DNA of 64,000 bases from Octopus sinensis (taxonomy: Eukaryota): NCBI RefSeq assembly GCF_006345805.1, contig NC_043006.1:72788001-72852000 (forward strand), read 5' to 3'. Under the pieces are notes generated by a model. It did not search any database, was not told the origin of the DNA, and saw only the letters and a list, made by a program, of their open reading frames with translations. Below are positions 36,462-49,096 of the stretch, piece by piece. Every line of letters starts with the position of its first letter. The first letter of the stretch is position 1. A program made the position numbers and the translations under genes.

Positions 36462-36562
36462 TCTACGGACGTACGTTTCGAAATCAAGTTTTTAGGAAAG
36501 CATAAGAATTAAATATTAAATAATTCTATCTTACCAAAAACTTCTTTTCTCTTCAGCGTAGA
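36462..36562 (-). ncRNA. Type I hammerhead ribozyme, copy 3
   Basis: TCTACG-CTGAAGA-[70-nt stem II]-GAAA-CGTACG-TC-CGTAGA. Perfect 6-bp stem I; C17 at 36468. Confidence 0.85.
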
Positions 36563-36704
36563 ATACTATAATCATAAATGATTATATATTGAATTTTGAG
36601 ATACTAGAAGGCACCAACTCAACTCAGTATCAGAGCGAGCTAGAATCCGCAACTAGTATCACCGAATTCAATGTGTGAATGGAAAGATTGTGTCACCAGC
36701 CCCT

Positions 36705-36737
<33 letters not shown>

Positions 36738-37105
36738 CTCTTTATACTCTTTATCTTATATTAAACTTTTAATACTTTTTGATAGTTAAAAAAAATAAAT
36801 AAATAAATAAATATAAAAAATATAAAAATATAAAAATATAAATAAAAATTAAAAAAATAAATACTTAAATAAAATAATAATAAAAATATATATTTATAAT
36901 TTATAAGTTTAAATTATTAATTTAAATAATTTTTAAAAATTTTAACTTTAATTTAAATATTTTAATTGGATTTTTATATTTTATATTTTTTAATTAATTT
37001 TATTTCTATGTTATTGGCTTATGATTTTCACTGTTTGATTTGCCTAATAGTGGTTTTATCTCTAATTTATATATAATATATATATATATATATGAATACA
37101 TCAAT

Positions 37106-37219
37106 AAAACTCTACCAAAACAGCTGTAGTAAATTCTAAACCCCATTCATGTTCCTATATATATATATATGAACACAAATTGGGTTTGGAATTTATTACA
37201 GCTGTTTTGGTAGAGTTTT
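37106..37219. repeat. Fold-back inverted repeat (~38-bp arms around a (TA)n core)
   Basis: aaaactctaccaaaacagctgtagtaaattctaaaccc (37106-43) versus gggtttggaatttattacagctgttttggtagagtttt (37182-219); 2 mismatches. Confidence 0.9.
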
Positions 37220-37660
37220 GTAGCTTTGAATTAGTTGGTTCTTTCACATCTTTCTGTCTCTCTCGGTGGTTCACAGTTTGTTCCATTTCCCAAAATAGTT
37301 AATATTCTGAAAGCAGTTTCATCACTCCCAACTAGCCGACCCTTCCCCCCCCTCCCTCTCTCGGCTGATATTTGTTGTCAACCTGATTCATACATAGGCA
37401 TGCCTTGAGATGCTGTTGATGTATTTTTATGTCACCCAATTGTTGTTTATCATGTCAGATGATTCATAGTTTTGGGGTGGCCTGCCAAGGTCAATGGTTG
37501 TCATGTTCCTCTTCTTGTTGAAGAGGACTTGACTTGAGTGGAGTGGGTGTACATTTTGAGCATATTTATTAATTTGAATTTACTAAAAAATGAAAAATAA
37601 TACTTTAAACACACACACTCACACTGCATGACAAAATATAGGAGAAATACATATTTCTTG

Positions 37661-38077
37661 CTCTCTCTTTTACTCTTTTACTTGTTTCAGTCATTTAACT
37701 GTGGCCAAGCTTGAGCACCACCTTTAGTCGAGCAAATCAACCCAGGACTTATTCTTTGTAAGCCTAGTACTTATTCTATCGGTCTCTTTTGCCGAACCGT
37801 TAAGTTACGGGGACGTAAACACACCAGCATCAGTTGTCAAGCGATGTTGGGGTGACAAACGCAGACATAGAAACATATACACACACATGCATATATTTAT
37901 ATACATATATACGTCGGGCTTCTTTCAGTTTTTCTGTCTACCAAATCCACTCACAATGCTTTGGTCGGTCTGAGGCTATAGTAGAAGACACTTGCTCAAG
38001 GTGCCACGCAGTGGGACTGAACCCGGAACCATGTGGTTCGTAAGCAAGCTATTTACCACACAGCCCCTCCTACGCTC
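37661..38077 (-). mobile_element. tRNA-derived SINE, family A (full length)
   Basis: (CTTTTA)n tail, central (CA)/(TA) microsatellite, head with A box TGTGTGGT and B box GGTTCAGTCCC. Confidence 0.9.
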
Positions 38078-41000
38078 TTTTAAAAATATCATTTTTTTTG
38101 CTCTCCTATCAAACTGCATGAACTTAAAAAAAAATAATAATATTGGGTATGTGTTTAAGAAGTTTGCTTTACAATTACTTGGTCTTGGGTTCAGTCCCAT
38201 AACATGGTACCTTGTGCAAGTATCTTTTTCTGTTGTCCCAAGCTGACCAATGCCTTGTAAATTTTGGTAGACAGAAATTGTGGAAGCCTGTTTTGTGTGT
38301 GTGTTTGTCCTCCCCCAACTGCTTGCTTAACCAGTGTTAGTTTGTTTATATTTTCATAACTTAATGCTTCGCCAAACTAAACCAATAGAATAAGTGCTAC
38401 ACTTAAAAAAATAAGCACTAGAGTTGCTTTGTTTGATTAAAAAAAAAAAATCAGAAATGCAATGCTCCAGCAAGGCTGCAGTCCAGAAACATACAAAAGA
38501 AGACACACTGGGCAATGATGTCTCTGATTGCCATATTTCTGTTGAAATATCCTACCTTTGTTTCCATTGATTTTGAAAATAACAAAGAATTCAATAAAAT
38601 GATTTTGTCATTGTTAGGCTAGTTTGTAGCATAAATTAACAGGAAATTCTGGTGTAAGGTGTTGATAATTTTAAAATGGACTTATTAGTAGGACTGTGGA
38701 GTGGAAATATAAAAACTCTGACTCCCCTTTATGTAATTAAGTGATTTGTGGTCTACATATCTCATAAAGCATATGCGTACGCTTGTACTTTGAGTAGGCC
38801 AATATGTTATAACTGGTTTATTAAAAAGAATAAAGATATTGTGAGTCAGAGTCTGTAAAACCATTCCGACTCCAGCTTCCCCTTAATTGTTTCTGACTCC
38901 GACTCCACAGCTTTGGTTTGTATGATAGGACCAGTGGCAGTCTTGGGTGGGTTGGTATCAAAAAGGTTTAACAGAGATGGTATTTTTCATATGTAGGACA
39001 CCTTTTGATCATTGTTCTGCTTGAACGAGACTGACCTAGGGTTATAAGCAGTTTTGGCAAGACCCTGCTTCTCTGATAGTCTCAAAAAGCAACAACTAAT
39101 TATATTGACAAATTTATTGTGTGTAGAGTAAATAAGAGAATAAACTTTATTTACTGTTCACTTGTTTGTTCTCTTGTTAAGTTTAAATTCCAAGTTGCAA
39201 ACAGAAAAACTAAGCAGAGAGATTGCATTTGCTAATTTGCTGTAAACTCTCGTCATCACCGTCATCATCACTGCCGCTGTTGTCACCATCATCATCATTG
39301 TCACACAGCTATTATTTCTTTGTCTGTAGTCAAATCTTCACCAGCCTTGGATCTGTTTAATGGAATTCATATAGTTGTTTTACAACTTCATGAATAACAA
39401 ACTAGCAAACACCTGGCACCATCTACTGTGTAATGGACTAAAACAAGTAGATGTGTGTGTGTGTGTGTATACAGAAAGATGAAGTCATGGCTGTGTAATT
39501 AAAAAGTTGGCATAACAACACTGAAATTGAAATGAGCAGTGGAGGTAATCTGATCAGTTAAGCCATTGGGAGCTGTGCCCCAACGAATCATATTTGCAAG
39601 AGTATGTTTTTTCTCCTTTAGTGTGGCTAACATGCTGGTATTTAGCAGATTGACCACCTTGGAGAAAGATGATGAAGGTGATGATGATGATAATAATTTT
39701 AACTCTTAATATTGGTACAAGATAACAAATGACTTTTTGGAGCAAACAATCTACTAAATTGCAGTGTGCTTACTTTATTGCTCAGATGAAAGCCTTGAAA
39801 GATGAATTCAGTCGTGGCACAATTTCTATTCAGAATATAGAGGTTAAAGCAAAATACTGCTCCATTGTTGTTGCCCAGTTCCTTATTAATGATATTTCCC
39901 TCTCTATTATAAAAAACCCTGAAATAAAACTGGTACTCCGTCAGTTATGATGGCGAAGGTTCCAGTTGATCCACCCAAAAGAACAGCCTACTTGTGAAAT
40001 TAATGTGGAAGTGGCTGAGCGTTCCACAGATGCACATATCCTTAACATAGTTCTTAGGGAGATTCAGTGTGATACAGAATGTGGCAACTCATTTTTGCCA
40101 GCTGAGTGGACTGGAACATGAAATAAGTCTTGCTCAAGAATACAACTCACTACAGGGAATCGAGCTCACGACCATATGGTCATGAGCCAGATACCCTGAC
40201 CACTGACCCTTGTGCTTCTCTATTGCTCCAAGGGTGACAGATGAAGGAACATGACAGGGGTAGGTTATAAAGACTGGTGGTCTCGGTATAAGTCATGATG
40301 ATGTGCATAGTTTTACAAATGGAAGCACATGCATGGTTGTGTCATTAAGAAGTTCATTTCCCAACCACTTGATTTTGGTTTCAGTCCCACTGCATGGCAT
40401 CTTGGGCAAGAGTCTCCTACTATAATCCTGGGGCCAACTATGATCGACTAATAACCTTTTAGATAGTGTTGTTCCAGTAAAGGAATATCATTGGAACAGA
40501 CTTCTACTTGAGAGGGATAAAAGTCAAAAGTTAACATGGGTAGAAATTTTGGTATAAAGGAATAGAATTAAGTATTTTAGGGACATTTTGTCAAGGATTT
40601 TATTGTTTCTGTCAACGATGTCTTTCATCATTGTGAAGGTTGATAAATTAAGTACCAGTTACCTATTGAGGTTAGTAAAATCAACTACACACCTCCCCTC
40701 TCATCCAATTTCTGTCTTAGTGAATGTTTTATAATGATGTCTAACATTGGTACCAGGAGTCCCAAATTCACCTTTTACTGGTTTCAGTCTTTGGACTTGG
40801 ACCATGCTGAGGCACCACCTTCAAGGGTTTTTAGTCAAATAAATCACCCTCAGTACCAATTTTTAAAGCCTGGCTCTTATTCTAGTGGTCTCTTTTTATC
40901 AAACTGTTTAATTGCAAGGATGTAAACAAACCAATACTGGTTGCCAAGTAGTGGGTGGGGACAAATACAGATACATATGCACTCACACATGTACACAAGA

Positions 41001-42445
41001 TGGGCTTCCACACTGTTTCTATTCACCAAATTCACTCTCAAGGCATTGGTCAGTCTGGTGCAATAGTAGAAGACGTGTGCCCATGGTGCTGTACAGTGGG
41101 ACTGAACCCAAAACTATGTAATTACAAAGCAAGCTTCTTAACAATGCAGTTAAGCATGTGAAAAAGTAATTAAATATTGCATTGATTTGAACAGTGTTGT
41201 TCTAGTTTCAACTGTCTCAAGGTCAGTTGCAACCAACTATATTTTTTCCCTTAAAACAAAAAAGGGTCTCTGTATGTGTGTGTGTGTGCATTTGTAATTA
41301 CATCTTTTCCTTATTCCTGTGCTTGTAATTATATCTCTTGGTCGTTTGTTAGTTTTCTTTGTTCAGTCATCCTTGCAATGTTTTTTGACTGTGGACTCAC
41401 TCATTCCCCCTCTCTCCATCATCCCTTTCTCTCTCCCTCTCTCTCTCTCACTCACCTCTCTGTCCCTCTCTCCCTTATCATTTGACAGTCAATATAAATG
41501 GAAATTCCAGAGCCACAAATGCAAATATCCAAATTCCTACCTCCAACTGACAGAAAAAAAAAAGGTCATCTCCCTATAACCCTTCTCTAATTCTCAGTTG
41601 CCCCTCTTCCATTCCCAAGTCTTCTTCCACATGCTTTAACTGTCGAAAGTCATTATTACTCGAGTATTTTTTTTTCTGTTTTAAATGTCAACTTTACATT
41701 TTTGATTTTATCTTCACTGATCCTGCTTAAAAAAAGTAGGCATACTTTTTTTCTCTTGTCCCCTTTTTTCAAAATCTTTTAGTCAAGAAGGCAAAAGGCA
41801 GTATCTATGACCCTTTTCAGGGATCTCTGAGACAGTTGGGAAGGAAGGAGGAAGGTATCTTCAAACAGGGTGGCCTACTTGTGAATCCTAGCAACAAGAG
41901 TAGGCTTTGCTGTAAGGGCCTAAGGCCCAGGTGGTGGTATTAAACTGGGTTATGGATTAAGGTTTCTATCCAAGTAAGCCACACCAAATTTTAAACTCAG
42001 AATGTAGCAAATTGGAATGAATACCTCAGGGTGTTTCCCTGTGCTTCTATTAGAAACAATTATTGTTACAAGGGAGCAAAGGTGGCAAACTGGCAGAATC
42101 GTTAGCATCCCAGGTGAAATGCTTAGCAGTATTTCGTCTGCCGTTACCTTCTGAGTTCAGATTCCACCGAGGTTAACTTTGCCTTTCATCCTTTCAGGGT
42201 TGATAAAGTACCAGTGAAACACTGGGGTCAATGTAATCCCCTACCCCAAATTTTTGGCCTTGTGCGTATAGTACTAAGGATTATTACAAGGCAGCAGGCT
42301 GGCGGAATTGGTAGTGTCAGATGCAATGCATTTTGATATTTAGTTAGGTGTGTTCAAATCTTGCTGGCATCTCTTCTGATGCTTTACTACAGTGGAGCAT
42401 CAGAGTCTATATAAGATTTTGCTAAAATTTGTGTGCAAATTATCT

Positions 42446-44195
42446 CAAGATATCTCAAGAACCACTGGATGGATTCAGATGAAACTTTCATGGATGTTTG
42501 GCCTCATGACTGGCACAAACTGATTAGATTTTGGGATCGATCTGTTACTGGACAAGGACTTTGGATTATTTTTCCTGCTTTTTTTACTTAATTTTTGTGA
42601 ATGGCTGGGTTCATTTTTAGTACTGTAAACACCAATGTAATTGATGCACTTTTTCACAAAAACAAAAATAAAATTACATGAGTAGGTCGTTTCCAGGATA
42701 TTTTAGAAATTTTTTTTGTTGGAAAATGACGTACAAACATAAAACATTTGTACCGGAAGTTGACTCATTTAATGTCAGAATAGGTTTTTTACAGAAAAAT
42801 ATAACGAAGTTGACTTTTATTTATGCTGGATGGTATAATGTTTACATTTTTTGTATAAATTTACTAAAGACATTAAATGGTTAACTACTTTTTGAAGTTT
42901 GACGTTCATATTGGTAATCATGGTCCGGGCCACATTTTACTGCATCTAGCACTGATGACAACATCATAATTCATCCTTGTGCACGTAAACTCACTAAGTG
43001 AATATGACTTAGTATTCCTACAGAACCCTTCATTTACCTTGTACGATGTTTAATGTCATTTCACATTCATGTTCTATTATGCAGCAATCTTATGTTCTCT
43101 TCATAGAACACTTATAATGTATGTATTACCAGTTCTTTTGGTATAGTAGATTTTTGCTATTTTTGTTTATGTCTCCTCACAGACATGTATATTCTAACAA
43201 GTCGCTTCTTAAATTTCGCACCTCTCTTGTTCAATAAACAATGAGTTAAACTTGCAAAGCTGTTTATTTTCTCCGTTCGATTTTTAATGTCTATTTGAGC
43301 GGGTTACCAAACTATCAGTTTGTTCTCCCAGCTAAAACGGTAACGACAAGTTTTTAAGTTTGCTTGACATTTTATAAGTGTGAAAGAGATTAAAATTTGA
43401 TACTCCGTATCAAAGGTTCCGACAAGAAGAGGCAGAAAATCAGAGCTTGAGACAAGAAGACCTTTTTGACTAATCAGAATTCTGTTTACATAATCAGTTT
43501 GATCAGTCACCTTCTATCGGTTGAGTGAAGTGTCATCCAAGCTGATGTTTATTGGTAATTAAACTTATTTTGCAACACTTGTGTGTTACAACAAACAGGA
43601 TGAGGACAAATATCTGTCAAATGTAAATAATGTAAATAATGTACACTTGTCTGTATTTATCAGCATTGTTTTTGTTGATAAGAATTATCAACAACTTTTC
43701 CTGTGATCATGATCGTGATTTGTGAAGACATATATGTATGCTAAAGATCGGACATAATCTCTTGTGGGCAAGAAATGTAAAATAAAGTTTATTATAAACA
43801 AACACTTCGTAATTTAATAGCTTTCAATGTGAAACCTGTTAAACAGAAATTATTTTTATTTAATGAAAATTTTATAAAATCTAATCATAAGTAAGTGAAA
43901 TTATGCTAAATACAACTAAATTGAAAACCTTTGCCCCCCCCCCCCCCGGCCAGATCGGCAATTCTGAAAACTTTTGGGGGAGAATCTTACATGAGCAGAA
44001 GCTTTTTTAACAATTTTTATCCTGAAAATCACCTGTGTAAATTACACAGGTGTGCAAATTACATGGGTTTTATGGTATTCTCATTTGTGAGAACGGTCGA
44101 GTATATTTCTCATATTAAAAATAATCTCTGGCCAATCATTGAGAGGATGTTGGTGTTGCTTTGGCAGAGGTTTGCACTCTCTGAGTGCTCTTGTT
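42446..44195 (+). mobile_element. Helentron/HINE-like non-autonomous element, long variant
   Basis: Shares caagatatctcaagaacc...gggatcgatc (42446-42590) and the terminal ggcagaggtttgcactctctgagtgctcttgtt with the shorter copy at 44666-45181. Confidence 0.55.
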
Positions 44196-44665
44196 ATTAT
44201 TATTATTATTATTATTATCTGGCAGACTCTTTAGCGCACTGGATGATATGCTTAGCAGTATTTTGCCTGTTGCTATGGTCCACTGAGGTTGACTTTAAGG
44301 TGGAGAGCTGGCAAAATTGTATTTCACCCGTCACTACATTCTGAGTTCAAATTCCGCTGAGCTCCTCTTTACCTTTCATCCTTTCAGGGTCGATAAATTG
44401 AGTATTGGGGTTGATGTAACTGGCCTTGTGCCTATAATAGAAGGGATTATTATTATTATCGTTAGTGCTCTGGATGAAATGCTCAGCAGTATTTTGCTCG
44501 TTACTATGTTCTGCATTCAAATTTCGCTGAGACTGACTTTATCTTTCATCCTTTCGGGGTCAATAAAATAAGTACCATTGAATCACTGGGGTTGATTTAA
44601 TAAACTCATCCCCTCCCCACCAAATCACTGTCCTTGTGGCAAAATTTGAAACCATTATTATTATT

Positions 44666-45181
44666 TTACCTCTGTCTTAGAGAAGGCGGAGGTATTGTTT
44701 TCAGTTGTATTTCTTTGTTTGTCCATGGACTAAGATATCTCAAGAACTGCTGGATGGATTCGGATGAAACTTTCAGGGATGTTTGGCCTTGTGACTGGCA
44801 TGGTCTCATTAGATTTTGGGATTGATCTGGTACTGGACAAGGATTCTGGATTATTTTTCTGATTTTTTGTACTTTACCTGTCTTTCTCATTGTCATTACT
44901 TTCTCTTACACCCTCTCAGTTATGGCTGTTACTCTCACTACTTCTCCTTCACTGTATTATTTCATCTCTTCTCCCTTCACCTCTTGCTCAGTATATATAT
45001 ATATATATATATTTGGATTATTTTCCTGTTTGAGAGTAGTCAGGTTCATTTTTAGTATTCTCTTTTGTGAGAGCAATTCAGTTTATTTCAGATATTCTCA
45101 TTTTAAAAATCATCTCTGGCTAACCGTTGAAAGGATGTTGGTGTTGTCTTGGTGGAGGTTTGCACTCTCTTACTGCTCTCA
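44666..45181 (+). mobile_element. Helentron/HINE-like non-autonomous element, short variant
   Basis: Starts TTACCTCTGTC-ttagagaa-GGCGGAGGT (terminal stem-loop) and ends ggtggaggtttgcactctct. This terminus style is typical of DINE/HINE-type elements. Confidence 0.55.
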
Positions 45182-45732
45182 TTATAATTACAACAGTGAA
45201 CTGGCAGAATACTCAGCATACAGGGCAAAACACTTAGCTGCATTTCATCCATCCTTACATTCTGAGTTCAAATTCTGCCAAAGTTGACTTCGCATTTCAT
45301 CCTTTCAGGGTCCATAAAATAAGTACCAGTTGAACATTGTTAAATCGATGTAATCAACTTAGCTGCTTCCCCAAAATTACTGGTCCTGTGCCAGAATTTG
45401 AAACCATTATTTCGATTATGTATGAATCGGTAGAACCATGCAAGACGTACAGTTTTTTTTAGAAACAAGTGAAGTGTTGATCTAGCAGATCTGTGATTAA
45501 AGGCATTCCAGTCATGACCGTCATGTCTTTTTAGGCGGATCTAGGACTGCACTGTTTAATGTGTCCTTTTTCTAAGACGGTAATGTATTTCTTGAAGAAG
45601 GAGGTGTGGTCACTATTTCCAGTTGATTGGGTGATGACATTAGCTTGTGTGTAGTGTATATATACAGTGATTGTATATATATATATATATATATGAACAT
45701 TGTGTATAAATTGTTGTTGCTGTTGTTGCTTA

Positions 45733-45940
45733 CCCTTTAGCATTTAAACCGGCCAAAATATTCAACCTGTTTTATGTCCAAACTGACTAGATCCAGCTTT
45801 TCCTACCTACCCAACAATGTCATACTAAGAATAAAACAATCACATCATTTGAAATCTCGAAGCTATGAGATAACGCACGATTAATTCAAAACCTTGTGTA
45901 TAAATGGTAAATTGGACAGAGTAATCTGAATGCAAAAGGA
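45733..45940 (+). mobile_element. piggyBac-type MITE, family P2
   Basis: CCCTTTAGCATTTAAACCGGCC ... AATCTGAATGCAAAAGGA, with degenerate TTAA flanks. Confidence 0.8.
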
Positions 45941-46081
45941 TTAGCTTCGTCAGCCTGGTTTATCATTGAGATTAGTGTTGTTGACACTAGCTGAGCTCGT
46001 TTGGTTATAAACATTTTGCCTTTTTTCTTAGCACAGCACACTTAAGGCTGCATTAATCAGTGTGTTTGTGTTTTTCTAAGC

Positions 46082-46756
46082 CAGTGGTTCTTAACTGGGG
46101 TTCATATGGTCCCTGAGGGTCTATATAAGATTGGGGTGGGGGGGATGCAACAAAATAGTAAATTGGGGATCCACAATAGTATTTTAAGGGTCCCTGAAAA
46201 AAATTTATTTTAGATTTATGTATTGGTATGTATTAGGAGGCACAATGGCCCAGTGGTTAGGGCAGCGGACTCGCGGTTGTAGGATTGTGGTTTCGATTCC
46301 CAGACTGGACATTGTGTGTGTTTATTGAGCGAAAACACCTAAAAGCTCCACAAGGCTCTGGCAGGGGGTGGTGGTGACCCCTGTTGTACTCTTTCGCCAC
46401 AACTTTCTCTCACTCTCTCTTCCTGTTTCTTGAATAATGCTGTGATGGACTGGTGTCCTGTCCAGCTGGGGTGCACACCTACACCAGAGAGACTGGGAAA
46501 CTGTGCCCATGAGCCTGGCTAGGCTTGAAAAGGGTGACATTTATTGTTATTGGTATGTATTAAAAGGAACAGCTAGGTTTCTTTCTCTAACATTTTACAT
46601 AGTTCAACCTACACAAATTAATGTGTGAAAAACAAAATAGGAATTTTGAAAAGTTTCAATAAAACTAGTTTTTAAACATTGAATGGTTATGTGGGTCCAC
46701 CAGAATAGGATAGTAATCAAAGGGGTCCATAGGTAAAAAATGGTTGAGAACCTCTG
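46082..46756. mobile_element. hAT-type MITE containing a nested SINE
   Basis: CAGTGGTTCTTAAC ... GTTGAGAACCTCTG with 8-bp TSD TTCTAAGC / TTCTAAGT. Confidence 0.85.
46236..46547 (+). mobile_element. tRNA-derived SINE, family D
   Basis: Head GGAGGCACAATGGCCCAGTGGTTAGGG...GGTTTCGATTCC (A/B boxes), with a perfect 15-bp TSD tattggtatgtatta (46221-35, 46548-62). Confidence 0.92.
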
Positions 46757-47763
46757 TTCTAAGTCATTGAGGTGGTGTGTCACTGGATGGAAATTTAGCT
46801 GCTATTTCTAGCAGGATGAGCAACTGCATACAGAGAGGTTCCCACATTGGCTTGTTCAGACAGTACATGTGAAGGTTGTATGTGTGGGCATGTTTGTAGA
46901 TTGCTTGTGTCTAGGGATGGATGACACATACATACCTGTAAAATAATAAAACCATGTGTAACAAGGATCTGTGCCACTGGTCCTATCCTCCACTGCCTCC
47001 CTCCCTTGCTTGACTTCAAGTCAAGCTAGTAATAAACATTCCTGTCACTTGTTCATGCATCCCTTCTCTGTCTTTCCTCCTTCTCCCCCCCCTCTCTCTC
47101 ACACACACTCACACTCTCTCTTTCCTCCTCAAAGATGTAATTATGCATACCTGTCCTGTCCTTTTAAATTTCTCTTTCAATAATAACATAACTGATCACA
47201 TGACCCATCTTCTTTTCTCTCCTTCTTTATCTGCCTCACCCCCCTCTACATATATATGTATAACTCTTTCTCAGAGTCTTTCTTGTTTTATGTCTCTCTC
47301 TCTCTCTTTTCTTACCTGTTTCTCTTTAATTCACTCTGCCTCACTCTTTCTCTTTATTATTAAAAGTTTTTTTTTTTATACTGTCGTGTCTTCCTCGGCT
47401 CTCTGGTTGACTGCTTGAATACCCCACTGCAAAACTTATTAGAAGAACCAGCCCTGTAAAGATATTCCATACATTGAGGAATTGATGATAATAATAGTAA
47501 TAATAACAATAATTTTATGAGCTGAGCTGCTTTTTTCGTACATTTTTTTCCTTTTCCTTTAAAATTTTGTTTCATCTATCTGTAAGGTGAAGTCTGACTT
47601 GAGAAATTCTTCTTATAAGGGGTTCTTCTATTTCGTGTGGGGGAAAAAATATTGAGAAGAAATTCCAGCACAATATTGTGTCAGTTTGTTGAGGTATTGT
47701 TTTCGAGACTTTCACAGGAGTGCCACAATTTGGAATATATATATTTATATATATATATATATG

Positions 47764-47798
<35 letters not shown>

Positions 47799-47948
47799 GC
47801 TAAGACTTGCTTGCATAAAAAAGACAGGTAACTATTTTTTATCCTTTTTTATATTGCACTTGATATGACTTGCCTTGTTCTGAAACAGTTAAGTATTCAG
47901 GTGTGGCTTTGTAGTAAGAAGTTCATTTTCCAACCACATGGTTCTGGG

Positions 47949-48102
47949 CAGGGCTGTGGAGTTGGGATCGGTAACACTTAAGGGTTAACTGGAGTCAGAG
48001 TTGGTAAAATAGACCAAATCACTTAAATTACATAGAGGAGTCAGAGGTGTCAATAGTACAGGAGTCGGAGTCGAAATTTTTTGTTTTGACTCCGCAGCCC
48101 TG
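47949..48102. mobile_element. hAT-type MITE inserted in a SINE head
   Basis: TIR CAGGGCTGTGGAGT / ACTCCGCAGCCCTG, TSD GTTCTGGG / ATTCTGGG. It splits catggttctggg|ttcagtcccac of a family A SINE (about 47900-48400). Confidence 0.85.
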
Positions 48103-49096
48103 ATTCTGGGTTCAGTCCCACTGTGTGACATCTTGGGCAAGTATCATCTATTATAGCCCTAGGCCAACCAAAGCCTTGTGAGTGGATTTGGTAGGCAAAA
48201 ACTGTGTGTAAGCCTGTTGTGTGTGTATGTGTCTTTGTGTTTGTTTGTCCCCTACCACTCTGACAACTGATGTCGGCTTGTTTATGTTCCCATAACTTAG
48301 CAGTTTGTTGTAAGAAAATGATAAAATAAATACTGGGGGGGCAATTTGTTTGACTAAACCCTTCATAGCCAAGTCCAATGATACTGAAACAAAGAAAAGA
48401 TAAAGGACTTGGAAGAGGTATTCACTTAACCCTTATATGCCCAACATGCTTTGAAGGGTATCTATTTTGTAGTTGGTCCTCCTCAATGTATTGGTCGAAT
48501 ATTCATTCAACAGTAAATACTCGTTAACATATTGGTATAATATTCGTTCAGCTGTAAATATTGCCCTGCATGTTTATATATATGAATTCATGACCTTTGT
48601 TGAGGATATTGTGAAAAAGTCATTACTGATAGTATATTTTAATTATTCAAGTGTTTTAAACTAATTATTCATTGTGTCTCAAAAATAGAACAACCAGGGA
48701 AGTAGACAATGTAAAGTATTTAATTAAATATTTAATACAAATTTCTCAATTAAACTTCATGCATTAATAAGTTAATTACTACTGTTTTTCATTTTGTGCC
48801 TTTTATGTAGATTCATTTGACATAGTATTTGTGAAAGAAAAAAAAATCAAAATAAAACAAAGCAGTTAAACAAAGCAAATTAAAATAGTTTTGTTCAATT
48901 AATTTCAGTACTTAACCCATTAGTTGTAAGTCTCTTGATTGTTGTTGGTGTGTTAAATGACTATAAAGTTAAGGGAATGCTTCCATTTCCCATGTAGCCT
49001 TCATTTCAAACCATATTCCAGCTTGTTAGTTATATATAAGTTAACCTCAAGTAAACTTTTGTTATAAATAGAATTTTGTAAGCATTTTAATTTTAA

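Larger units (their letters stand above)
35091..36703 (-). repeat. Tandem array, 2.7 copies of a ~590-595 bp hammerhead-bearing unit (retrozyme-like or Penelope pLTR array)
   Basis: Units start at 35091, 35681 and 36275, and the third is truncated at 36703. Copies differ only by a few small indels or substitutions. (TA)n on both flanks; no recognisable ORF. Confidence 0.95.

Noticed and set aside
41783-41854. Possible 72-nt exon (AG...GT, open frame KKAKGSIYDPFQGSLRQLGRKEE)
   Set aside because: No recognisable homology, no partner exons, and the sequence continues like a decayed repeat; cannot be supported without RNA-seq.
46236-46310. tRNA gene calls at SINE heads
   Set aside because: A/B boxes are present but no closed cloverleaf forms, and they are followed by SINE bodies with TSDs.
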